The notes under the pieces: generated by a model | What the model was told of the DNA's origin: nothing | Databases searched by the model: none | Seen by the model: only the letters and a program-made list of their open reading frames with translations | Part shown: positions 55,685-64,000 of the stretch, in pieces | Layout of the letters: each line of letters begins with the position of its first letter | How positions within the stretch are numbered: the stretch's first letter is position 1 | Position numbers and translations under genes: made by a program | Assembly: GCA_963667845.2 (NCBI GenBank) | Contig: CAXXVL010000002.1 | Location: forward strand, 1,216,001-1,280,000 | Origin: Smithellaceae bacterium | Lineage (GTDB): Bacteria > Desulfobacterota > Syntrophia > Syntrophales > Smithellaceae | Length of the DNA: 64,000 bases | Reading direction: 5' to 3'

Positions 55685-58126
55685 TTAAAACTTTTTTACG
55701 ATCTTATCGACTGTTTCGTCGTCCAATGAAACTTCGCGGTAAAGGCTGCGCATGCCGGCGCAATCCAATCGTTCGAAATCAATTAATTTCGGTGTGACGA
55801 CGACTCCTGCCATATCGACGGCTCCGGGAGAAATGAATACTTTTTCATCGCCTTTCGCGTAGTAGGCGTCCGGACGATGCTTCCGGCGCAGGAAAACCGT
55901 GAGAAGCCAGTGATCCTTGTCATAAGCGCAAAGGATATTCATGAGCGGCTCATCCGGCGTCGCGAGCACCGTTTGGGCGCTTCGCACAAGGTTCAGAAAT
56001 TGTCCCGTCAGAGCCCCGGCATCTGCGGATGCAAGCATAACAACGGCGCGATCCACGTCCTTGCCGACACTGAAACGGACACCGGATATTTCCAGGATTG
56101 CCGGAAGATTCCGGAGCTCATTCAGATACGGGAGGGCGCCTGCGGGAACCATCTGGAAATGCAGATGGTCGGGGGCGGAGGCCCCGCAGGCCGGGCCGTT
56201 GTAAAATGCGGTATAATCCGGCGCCGCATCGGCCGCCAGTTGCATGAGCGCCGGCAGAGACGTTGTGATTTCCTGCTGAATATGCCGGCGGCTGACAACC
56301 GTAAAGTGATGATGAAAAATCGGTGCGGGATTGCACAGAATCAGGAAATGGCTGCGGTACAGGATGCCTGCCTGCCCGGCCGGAAGGCTTCCGGCGCACA
56401 GGAAACAGGGCCGTTTTTTAATTGATTCCGCATCCACCGCCGCGCCGCTGCTGAGCGCCCGCCCGGGGTTAAATTGCAGCGTGACCCTGTAGCGGTCGCA
56501 GGAAAGCGTTTTCTCGCGTGCCCGGGCCAGATCACCGCAGGCTGCGGTCAACTGCGGCCAGCTCTTTTTCTGCGACACAAACAGATCATCGCACAGCGGG
56601 GGAAGAGCCGGCTGGCCCGGCGTCGGAAATTCCGCAAAGATCTGATCCGGCGTTTCCGCCTTTCTCGCCGGGACGGATAAAGCCGCGCGAAGCGCCCGGC
56701 ATTCGACGGAGTTGCTGTTCAGCAGTTGCCTGGCCTGAATCTCCATGGTCCGCAATCTGTCTTTGTAAAAATCGTTGCGGTTCTGTTTTTCGACGGAAAG
56801 CCCGGCGTCGGTGTTATCCGCCCAGCGGCGGCACAAATAGAGGCTTTCATAGATCCGGCCGATTTTGTAGTCACGCGACAGCCGGAGCGCTGCCGCGTAA
56901 TCTTCACCGTAGCTTACGTTGGGGAAGCCGATCTGCCGGATGACGGCCGTATCAAAGGCGCGCGGCGCACCCAGGCCGTTGACGCGCAGCAGATTATTGT
57001 GGCCATTGGCCTTCGTCCATTCCCGGTGGTCGATGACACCCGGAGGGATGGGTTTGAGCTTTTCATTGACCAGCGTGTAGGAACCGGCAAGCATCGCGTA
57101 ACGGCCGCGGCGCAGAGCATTGATGATTTTTTGCAGAGTGTGCGGCGAACTATAGAGATCGTCCGAATCCAGCTGAACAGCGTAGCGACCGCAGTGAGGC
57201 GAGGCAATTGCTTCGTTCCAGCAGCCGCCGATGCCCAGATCGCGTCTTTCGGGGATTATATGCAGGATATGAGGATATTGTGCCGCAAATTTCTTTAACA
57301 GGCCCGTTGTTCCGTCCGTGGAATGATTGTCTACAACCAGGATGTTGAAAGGAAAGTCGGTTTTTTGCCCGAGCGCGCTGGTGAGCGCATCGGCAATGGT
57401 TTCCTCCCGGTTGCGCACCGGAATCACGACACTGGCCTTCCAAAGCGCATCTTCCTGTATGCCCTTTGCCTGCCCGGTTCGCGCCGGCAGGTGCGCCCCG
57501 ATTCGTTTCAAGTGCGCGGTTGCGATTTTCTCAAACCTTTTCTGCCTCCCGGCATTCTCCTTAGCAACATACGCAAAGTGCGCCTCCGTCGGCTTGCCGG
57601 CTTTCTTTACCGGTTTCTGTTTTTTACGAGACGCGGTGTATGAAAACTCCGGGACATGGAGCAGCGAATGATCGGCGGAGACTTTCAGGCGTAAATCGTA
57701 CAGAGCGGTTTCGGGATCGGAGGGCAACGCCCCGTATTTCGCAAGTGCCGCCTTGGCGGCCGGGACCGAAACGATAAAAAAGTGACCGAAGTTGAAATTG
57801 TCGCGGATGGAGCCCGGTTGGCAATCCAGGAGCGGATGCTCGATAAGACGGCCGCCGTCATTGTCGAGATAATCCGAATAAATCATACCCGCGCGGGTTT
57901 CGCGGACGAGGCGAAGGAGTCTGCACAATGCCTGCACGTCACAGGCAACATCCGTCGCGGAATCCAGTATAAAAAGAAAATTGGACGAGAGGGTGTTGAT
58001 GAATCGCGACGGCCGGTGCAGTTCTCCGGGTTGGACATCGCTTGCGGGCCAGGCGTCCTGAGCTTGCTGCTCGTTGGCCGCACCCCAGAGGAAAAAGCGC
58101 CCCAATCTGTATAGCGAAGGTTTCAT
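55685..58126 (-). CDS. Glycosyltransferase family 2 fused to a HIT-like phosphorylase domain (DUF4922-like)
   Basis: GT2: SVVIPVRN, VVDNHSTDGT, QLDSDD, YGEDY. C-terminal domain: FNPGR, RPCFLC, LCNPAPI..HFT, YNGPACGASAPDHLHFQ, ISPGAVDM. Confidence 0.85.
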   Translation of the reverse strand: MKPSLYRLGRFFLWGAANEQQAQDAWPASDVQPGELHRPSRFINTLSSNFLFILDSATDVACDVQALCRLLRLVRETRAGMIYSDYLDNDGGRLIEHPLLDCQPGSIRDNFNFGHFFIVSVPAAKAALAKYGALPSDPETALYDLRLKVSADHSLLHVPEFSYTASRKKQKPVKKAGKPTEAHFAYVAKENAGRQKRFEKIATAHLKRIGAHLPARTGQAKGIQEDALWKASVVIPVRNREETIADALTSALGQKTDFPFNILVVDNHSTDGTTGLLKKFAAQYPHILHIIPERRDLGIGGCWNEAIASPHCGRYAVQLDSDDLYSSPHTLQKIINALRRGRYAMLAGSYTLVNEKLKPIPPGVIDHREWTKANGHNNLLRVNGLGAPRAFDTAVIRQIGFPNVSYGEDYAAALRLSRDYKIGRIYESLYLCRRWADNTDAGLSVEKQNRNDFYKDRLRTMEIQARQLLNSNSVECRALRAALSVPARKAETPDQIFAEFPTPGQPALPPLCDDLFVSQKKSWPQLTAACGDLARAREKTLSCDRYRVTLQFNPGRALSSGAAVDAESIKKRPCFLCAGSLPAGQAGILYRSHFLILCNPAPIFHHHFTVVSRRHIQQEITTSLPALMQLAADAAPDYTAFYNGPACGASAPDHLHFQMVPAGALPYLNELRNLPAILEISGVRFSVGKDVDRAVVMLASADAGALTGQFLNLVRSAQTVLATPDEPLMNILCAYDKDHWLLTVFLRRKHRPDAYYAKGDEKVFISPGAVDMAGVVVTPKLIDFERLDCAGMRSLYREVSLDDETVDKIVKKF

Positions 58127-58144
58127 GGACTCTTGTGCCGACTG

Positions 58145-58699
58145 TTAAAAATTAGCCATCATCAGGTTAAACGCTTTTTCCGCCGTGTCGGCGGACAATT
58201 TGGCAAGTGCCCGTTTTCGGGTGGCAGGCAGTAAATTGATGTCATCCTGCAGTTCGTAATCAACGGTCGCCGTAATATTTCGCGAAGACCAGAGCATTTT
58301 GCCGCTGTCCTTTTCCCGGAAGGAGACCTCCAGGGTGACGGTCATCCGCTCTTCTGCGGCCAGGATGCTTTTCCGGTAGGAAAGCGCGGTGGCATTAAGG
58401 TTGAGGACTTTGCCGCTGATGACGGCGTCCGCCTCCTCGATATCCGCAACGGTCTTAAAGCGGCTGTATTGAAGTATCTGATCGATGAACGCCGTCCGCA
58501 TGAAATTTTCGATTTCCGCCTGGGCGGTTTTGTTGGCGAAGGGTTCGACATAAATTCTTTTGATGCGGGCATCGATGTGCTCACCTTGAGGCGCAAAGGC
58601 GTAGCCGCAGCCCAGGACGACCGAAAACAGGCCCGCAAACAGGACCAGTTTAATTTTGAAAAATAGATTTTTCGTTTTCATAAATTTCCACAAGCTCAT
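58145..58699 (-). CDS. lptE: LptE family lipoprotein
   Basis: Lipobox LGCGY, follows leuS (ATGA overlap), [18 protein letters not shown]. Confidence 0.8.
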   Translation of the reverse strand: MSLWKFMKTKNLFFKIKLVLFAGLFSVVLGCGYAFAPQGEHIDARIKRIYVEPFANKTAQAEIENFMRTAFIDQILQYSRFKTVADIEEADAVISGKVLNLNATALSYRKSILAAEERMTVTLEVSFREKDSGKMLWSSRNITATVDYELQDDINLLPATRKRALAKLSADTAEKAFNLMMANF

Positions 58700-61275
58700 T
58701 GAGCAACGACGATGTTCACCAGTTTTTTCGGAACATAAATAATTTTCAGGATTTTGGTCCCTTTAAGCAGCGCAGTGATTTTTTCATCCGCCTGAGCGTC
58801 CGCCTTGATCTTCTCCGGGTCCTCATCCACGGGCACGGTCATCCGGCTCCTAAGTTTGCCGTTGATTTGAACGACAATCGTCATTTCTTCTTCGCTGGCG
58901 ATATGAGGATCGAAGTCCGGCCAGGGTGCATCGGCTACGGAGGTGCTGTGCCCCAGCATCTGCCAGAGTTCTTCCGTGATATGCGGTACGATGGGCGCTA
59001 GGAGCAATACCGCCGTTTCCAGCGCTTCGCGGACCACCGAGAGAGTGAGCCGGTCGTCTTTTGCGGGACGCTTGACGGCATAAAGCTGGTTAACGAGCTC
59101 CATCACCGCGCTGATGGCGGTGTTGAAGTGGAAGCGGTCCTCGATGTCCTGTGTGACTTTGCGGATGGTCTGGTGCGTCTTGCGGCGGAGTGTCTTTACG
59201 TCGCCCGTGAGGGCGATATTTCCGGATATAGACGGGATCGATTTTATGTCTTCGAGGTAATCGTCGAAAATCCGCCACAGGCGCCCGAGGAACCGAAACG
59301 ATCCGTCCACGCCCTGTTCGCTCCACTCGAGGTCTTTCTCCGGCGGAGCCGCAAACAGGCAGAAGATCCGCGCGGTGTCCGCGCCGTAAGTCTTGACCAG
59401 GGAATCGGGATCGATGACATTCTTGAGGGACTTGGACATTTTTTCCGTTTTGCCGATGACGATACTCTGTCCGCAAATATGGCATTTGCCTTCCGCCGCC
59501 TGTTCCGGAAACAGGTAGCCGTGCTCCGGACATTTGGTGGTCTCCTTGCAGACCATCCCCTGCGTCAACAGATTGGTAAAGGGTTCGTCGACGCCGATGA
59601 CGCCGAAATCGCGCAGCACTTTTGTATAAAACCGTGCATAGAGCAGGTGCAAAATCGCATGTTCAATGCCCCCGATGTACTGGTCGACGGGCATCCAGTA
59701 ATCCAGTGCCTTGCGGTCCAGACCGGGTTTGGTGTCGCAGTGCGGGCTGCAATAGCGGTCGAAATACCAGGACGATTCCACGAATGTATCCATCGTGTCT
59801 GTTTCGCGCGCTGCCGGGCCTCCGCACTTGGGGCAGGTCGTATTGACAAATTCCGGAAGGGCCGCAAGCGGCGAGCCGCCCTCCGGGGTGAAAACGACAT
59901 TTTCGGGTAATACGACGGGCAGGTCTTCTTCCTTAACGGGAACGATGCCGCATTTTTCACAGTTGATCATGGGAATCGGTGCGCCCCAGTAACGCTGACG
60001 CGAGATGCCCCAGTCGCGCAGACGGTATTGTATTGTCCGCTTGCCCTTGCCCTGAGCTTCGAGAAAGTCGGCAATGGCTTCCATGACCTTGGTGTTTTCC
60101 ATGCCGTTGAACTGGCCGGAGTTGACCAGAATTCCTTCATCCACATAAGCTTCAGTCATCGTTGCCGGATCAAGCGTCCGGTCTTTCGGGGAGATGACGA
60201 CGATCAGCGGCAGGTTGAATTTTTTGGCAAATTCGAAGTCGCGCTGGTCGTGCGTGGGAACGGCCATGACGCAGCCGGTGCCGTAGTCGGCCAGAACGAA
60301 ATTGGCGGCGTAGATGGGCATTTTCCATCCGGTGAGGGGATTGAGACAGTAAGAATCCAGAAACAGACCTTCCTTCTCGTAATACTCGGAGGTCCGCATC
60401 AGCTTGTCCTGTTTTTTGACTTTCTCCACAAACTGCCGGACTTCTTTTTCGACCGCTTTACCTTTGACCAGTTCCATAACCAGCGGATGCTCCGCGGCCA
60501 CCAGCATAAACGTGGCGCCGAACAGCGTATCCTGCCGCGTGGTAAAAACTTTGATGGCGCCCGGTCCCGAGGCGTAAGGGAAATCCACCTCGCAGCCGTA
60601 GCTTTTGCCGATCCAGTTTTTCTGCATCGTCATGACGCGCTCCGGCCAGCCGGGGAGCCGGTCACAGTATTCCAGGAGCTCTTCGATGTAGGCCGTGATT
60701 TTAAAGAACCACTGATCGAGGACTTTCTCCGTTACTTCGGTGCCGCAGCGCCAGCACTGGCCGCCTTCGACTTGTTCGTTGGCCAGCACTGTGTCGCACT
60801 TGGCGCAGAAGTTGACGCTGGAGCGCTTTTTATAAGCAAGACCTTTTTCATACATCCAGATGAAAAAGAGCTGTTCCCAGCGGTAGTATTTCGGTTCGCA
60901 GGTGGCGATCTCCCGGTCCCAGTCGTAGCTGAAGCCCATGCGTTTGAGCTGTTTCTTCATGTGATCGATATTTTCATGGGTCCACTTTGAGGGATGAATT
61001 TTGTGTTCGATGGCGGCGTTTTCCGCGGGCATCCCGAAGGCGTCCCAGCCGATCGGGTGCAGGACATTGAACCCTTTCATGTGTTTATAGCGGGCGACCA
61101 CATCACCGATGGTGTAATTACGGACATGGCCGATATGGATCTTTCCGGACGGGTAGGGAAACATCTCCAAGAGGTAATATTTCTTTTTATCCGGGTCTTC
61201 CGTGACTTTAAAGGATTCCTCTTCTTCCCATTTCTTCTGCCATTTTTCCTCGATGGTAATCGGTTCGTACTTCAT
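58696..61275 (-). CDS. leuS: Leucyl-tRNA synthetase
   Basis: [37 protein letters not shown]. Start trimmed to MKYEP. Confidence 0.98.
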   Translation of the reverse strand: MKYEPITIEEKWQKKWEEEESFKVTEDPDKKKYYLLEMFPYPSGKIHIGHVRNYTIGDVVARYKHMKGFNVLHPIGWDAFGMPAENAAIEHKIHPSKWTHENIDHMKKQLKRMGFSYDWDREIATCEPKYYRWEQLFFIWMYEKGLAYKKRSSVNFCAKCDTVLANEQVEGGQCWRCGTEVTEKVLDQWFFKITAYIEELLEYCDRLPGWPERVMTMQKNWIGKSYGCEVDFPYASGPGAIKVFTTRQDTLFGATFMLVAAEHPLVMELVKGKAVEKEVRQFVEKVKKQDKLMRTSEYYEKEGLFLDSYCLNPLTGWKMPIYAANFVLADYGTGCVMAVPTHDQRDFEFAKKFNLPLIVVISPKDRTLDPATMTEAYVDEGILVNSGQFNGMENTKVMEAIADFLEAQGKGKRTIQYRLRDWGISRQRYWGAPIPMINCEKCGIVPVKEEDLPVVLPENVVFTPEGGSPLAALPEFVNTTCPKCGGPAARETDTMDTFVESSWYFDRYCSPHCDTKPGLDRKALDYWMPVDQYIGGIEHAILHLLYARFYTKVLRDFGVIGVDEPFTNLLTQGMVCKETTKCPEHGYLFPEQAAEGKCHICGQSIVIGKTEKMSKSLKNVIDPDSLVKTYGADTARIFCLFAAPPEKDLEWSEQGVDGSFRFLGRLWRIFDDYLEDIKSIPSISGNIALTGDVKTLRRKTHQTIRKVTQDIEDRFHFNTAISAVMELVNQLYAVKRPAKDDRLTLSVVREALETAVLLLAPIVPHITEELWQMLGHSTSVADAPWPDFDPHIASEEEMTIVVQINGKLRSRMTVPVDEDPEKIKADAQADEKITALLKGTKILKIIYVPKKLVNIVVAQ

Positions 61276-61408
61276 AAGTATCGTGTGCTCCCAAGTGATA
61301 TTAATCGGCGATTTGCTTAACATATTGGACAGGTCAGCGCAATGGGTTTGTTCCTTTCGGCTAAGGTGACGGATGAGGGATATGAGTAAGAGGATAACGG
61401 AGGTGTTC

Positions 61409-61507
61409 CAGGTTTTATGTGTTACGTTTTATGTTTTATGTAGTAATAATGGTCGCGTGCAGCGCTGACAAACTGCGTAACAGCTAACACGTAATACTTA
61501 AAACCTG
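61409..61507. repeat. 36-bp imperfect inverted repeat made of heptamer units
   Basis: CAGGTTTTATGTGTTACGTTTTATGTTTTATGTAGT pairs without gaps to ACTGCGTAACAGCTAACACGTAATACTTAAAACCTG. Confidence 0.7.
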
Positions 61508-61523
61508 ACTCTTTTATGCAGGA

Positions 61524-62516
61524 TCAAGCGGCTCTCGATGAGATTGTGTTCAGGCACTCGCGGGCGATTTCATTCAATACCGGTAAATCCCCGGTGTAGG
61601 AAGTTGCCACTACCAGATTCTTGATTCCGGTCGCCGTGTGCCTGAGGAAATCCGGTTTATTTTTTTTAAGTCCGAGAAAACCATAGGCACCCAGGGCCTG
61701 CATCAGCCGTTGGGCTGCGCCTTCCCAGAAGTAGTCGGTGAATTGATCCAGGCTGTACTCCGGTTCCATGATCCGGTAATAAAAGGCAATCAATTCGCTT
61801 CTTTCATCCGGTGTGAAGGTCACGTAAGGATCGCAGATCAGCGAACCCAGGTCGTAAAACAGATTGCCTGGCCGCATTCCCTGAAAATCGATGAAGACGG
61901 GCCGGTCATTTTTGATCAGGATATTCTGGGATTGGAAATCCCGGTGAATGAGACAAGGCTGCACATGCTGCATCCGGTCGATTAGCTCCTCGGATTCTCC
62001 TTTCCAATCGCGAAGCCGAGCGTCGGATAAATTAAGCCCGCAAACCGCTTCGACAAAATTCACCCGGAAATAATCATGTTCCCAGACGTAGAGCGCTCGG
62101 TCATACCCTTTGGCCATTTTCAAATCCGCCGGGACATCGGCCAATCGAATGCGATGCAGCCGGTGTATTTCGGAGAGCGCCTTCAAATAAAACGGCCGTC
62201 TTTTATACCAGGGGAGAGTGCGCAGCATGTATAAGTCAATCTCGCCCAGATCCTCCAGAAGCAGAAAATGTTGCCGGTGATCGAAGGCGATGATGAGGGG
62301 AACGGGAATATTCAGGTCATTCAGAAACCGGTTGATATCGGTCCAATAAGTGTTTTCCTCCACCTCGGTTCCGTAATGCATGAAGACAAAAGTCCTTCCG
62401 TCTCCGAGCAGCACGCGGGAAAAGACCCGGTCCGATCCGCCTTTTTCGATGGGTCTCAGGCGGAAATCTACGAGGCCAAGGTGATCATTCAAGAATCTTT
62501 GTGTGTCGCTGTCCAT
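61524..62516 (-). CDS. amgK: Aminoglycoside-phosphotransferase family kinase, AmgK-like (anomeric MurNAc/GlcNAc kinase)
   Basis: GSDRVFSR, LLEDLG, IHRDFQSQNI, IDFQG, YDLGSL, QRLMQALGAYG. Adjacent to a MurU-like gene. Confidence 0.8.
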   Translation of the reverse strand: MDSDTQRFLNDHLGLVDFRLRPIEKGGSDRVFSRVLLGDGRTFVFMHYGTEVEENTYWTDINRFLNDLNIPVPLIIAFDHRQHFLLLEDLGEIDLYMLRTLPWYKRRPFYLKALSEIHRLHRIRLADVPADLKMAKGYDRALYVWEHDYFRVNFVEAVCGLNLSDARLRDWKGESEELIDRMQHVQPCLIHRDFQSQNILIKNDRPVFIDFQGMRPGNLFYDLGSLICDPYVTFTPDERSELIAFYYRIMEPEYSLDQFTDYFWEGAAQRLMQALGAYGFLGLKKNKPDFLRHTATGIKNLVVATSYTGDLPVLNEIARECLNTISSRAA

Positions 62517-62559
62517 TGGATTTGTGAATTCTTTCTGATGTATTTTTTATCAAGCTGCT

Positions 62560-63273
62560 TCACAATCCTTGTTGAGAAAGCTTGTTGTATTCTTCGATCG
62601 TTCCGACATCGTACCAGAAACCGTCGTCCAGCACAATGCCGCCGACGGAGCGGGGATTCTTCGCGATGCTCAAAATGAGCGGCAAGACAATCGATTCTAT
62701 CTTCCCGGCCGTGAGTTCGCGCAAACATGTTGTTTCCATAATGTAAATACCGGCAAACAAACAGCTCTGGACACCGGGGTTATGCAGAGCGTCTCTCATA
62801 TCGCAGATTAACCCGCGGGAGTCAATATTGACGTTGGTTAGCGGCCCGTGGCTGCGGAGCGCCAGGGTGGCTTGCGTTTGCAGATCAAAATGCCGTTCCA
62901 TGAGCGGTTTAAGTGGCAGATTTGTTATGATATCGCCGTTGTATACGATCAGGCGTTCGTCGTTGCAAAGCAGATCCTCGATGTTTTTAATGCCTCCCGC
63001 CGTATCGAGAAGCACCGGCTCGTGACGAAATGTGATGGGGATGCCCCGCCAGCAGCTGTCGGGAAAGACCTCCTGATATTTCTGCGCGCAGTGATGCGTG
63101 TTGACAATGAACCGCTTCACCCCGGCGCAGCGGAGATGGTCCATGGCGTAAGTGATGATCGGTCTGCCGCCGATCGGCAAAAGCGGCTTGGGTGTGTATT
63201 CCGTGAGCGGCCGAAGCCGCGTGCCCAAGCCTGCACCCAGAATGAAGGCGGTATGAATGTTTTGGGATGGCAC
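62560..63273 (-). CDS. murU: Nucleotidyltransferase, MurU-like
   Basis: AFILGAGLGTRLRPLT..PKPLL, VNTHH, LLDTAGGI, YNGD, WYDVGT. GTG start with RBS AAGGAG. Confidence 0.8.
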   Translation of the reverse strand: MPSQNIHTAFILGAGLGTRLRPLTEYTPKPLLPIGGRPIITYAMDHLRCAGVKRFIVNTHHCAQKYQEVFPDSCWRGIPITFRHEPVLLDTAGGIKNIEDLLCNDERLIVYNGDIITNLPLKPLMERHFDLQTQATLALRSHGPLTNVNIDSRGLICDMRDALHNPGVQSCLFAGIYIMETTCLRELTAGKIESIVLPLILSIAKNPRSVGGIVLDDGFWYDVGTIEEYNKLSQQGL

Positions 63274-63275
63274 GT

Positions 63276-63752
63276 TCAGTTCATCTCCTTGCTGCCGGAT
63301 GGAATATCTGCCAGGTTCTTTGGTTTCCTCTTTATTTCCAGAAGCCGCAGAACATCTTCCATAACCCTCTCCGCGTCGATGGTCAGAAGCAACCATTTGC
63401 CATCGTGATAAGTTGTTGCTTTGTCATATTCCTTTTGAGTGGAAGGTAACAGGATTTTTTTCATGGCTTCCACTTTTGCCCGTTCCTCTGTGCCGAAAAC
63501 CACGAGCAGGGCAAAACGGTTTTTTCCCGGGATCAACGTACAGAAGGATTTGCTTTTTTTGTATCTCAGCGACCAGCCGTGTTTCTTCCCACCATAGAGC
63601 CATTCCGGCATAAAGATACCCGGATAACGTTCTTCAATCAACTGCATGACCTGCTTCCAGTATCGAAAAGCCTTTTCCCCGAGCCACATCGCAACCTCGA
63701 CCTCAGTCGGCGGATGATCCGGTTGTATTATTCGGATACTTGTTTCGGTCAT
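63276..63752 (-). CDS. DUF3788-like protein
   Basis: EWLYGGKKHGWSLRYKK.K.FCTL.P, YHDGKWL, LLEIK. RBS AGGAGG. Confidence 0.75.
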   Translation of the reverse strand: MTETSIRIIQPDHPPTEVEVAMWLGEKAFRYWKQVMQLIEERYPGIFMPEWLYGGKKHGWSLRYKKSKSFCTLIPGKNRFALLVVFGTEERAKVEAMKKILLPSTQKEYDKATTYHDGKWLLLTIDAERVMEDVLRLLEIKRKPKNLADIPSGSKEMN

Positions 63753-63810
63753 AACGCCCTCCTGACTGACATAAAGGTTATCACGCCATCCAATCGACTC
63801 GACAGCTGTT

Positions 63811-64000
63811 TTATTCAATTCTGTCGTGCTTTTGCAGATTGTGTTTTCCGCAAAGCAACTGAACGTTATCAGGAGTGTTGGATGAGCCACCTTTCGACCA
63901 GGGAATAATATGATCAAAGTGCAAGTCTTCAATAGCTCCACACTTTGTGCACTTACCACCGTCTCTTTGCCAGACCTCCAATTTCACTGCAGTTGGAATA
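63811..64000 (-). CDS. HNH endonuclease, C-terminal part (start outside window)
   Basis: Manual translation IPTAVKLEVWQRDGGKCTKCGAIEDLHFDHIIPWSKGGSSNTPDNVQLLCGKHNLQKHDRIE*. Confidence 0.88.
   Translation of the reverse strand, partial: IPTAVKLEVWQRDGGKCTKCGAIEDLHFDHIIPWSKGGSSNTPDNVQLLCGKHNLQKHDRIE

Noticed and set aside
61276..61523. Possible T-box leader for leuS
   Set aside because: No T-box consensus (GGTGGNACCGCG) or specifier stem seen on the minus strand.
63753..63959. Long N-terminal extension of the DUF3788-like ORF
   Set aside because: It overlaps the HNH gene in another frame, and a strong RBS supports the start at 63752.

Overview
This window looks like ordinary chromosomal DNA from an anaerobic deltaproteobacterium, probably Syntrophales/Smithella-like; that assignment is inferred from gene content and protein style only. 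Housekeeping and metabolic genes include gap-pgk-tpiA, leuS-lptE, mutY, lepB, amgK/murU, acyl-CoA ligases, a FadB-like enzyme and bacterioferritin. I found no rRNA, tRNA, CRISPR array or intact transposase. The most notable elements are: (1) a complete eukaryote-type bifunctional 6-phosphofructo-2-kinase/fructose-2,6-bisphosphatase gene divergent from gap-pgk-tpiA, with an unannotated frameshifted pyruvate kinase N-terminal relic between them; (2) a kdpFABC operon that appears rewired from KdpDE to sigma-54 control, with a sigma-54 promoter, an upstream bEBP response regulator, a separate membrane histidine kinase, a soluble KdpD-USP-PTS EIIA fusion and a decayed relic of a canonical kdpD; (3) a stressosome (RsbR-S-T-X) whose output is an RsbU-N-domain histidine kinase with no adjacent regulator; (4) a duplicated enhancer plus sigma-54 promoter unit with identical 110-bp spacing in front of a chemoreceptor cluster, with an MCP relic; (5) an exported ankyrin-caspase, an HTH/membrane protein/site-2 protease/signal peptidase module with a clear operator, a GT2-HIT (DUF4922-like) fusion and an O2-type fatty acid desaturase; (6) several families of small intergenic repeats, including a ~100-bp hairpin-ended element present twice.
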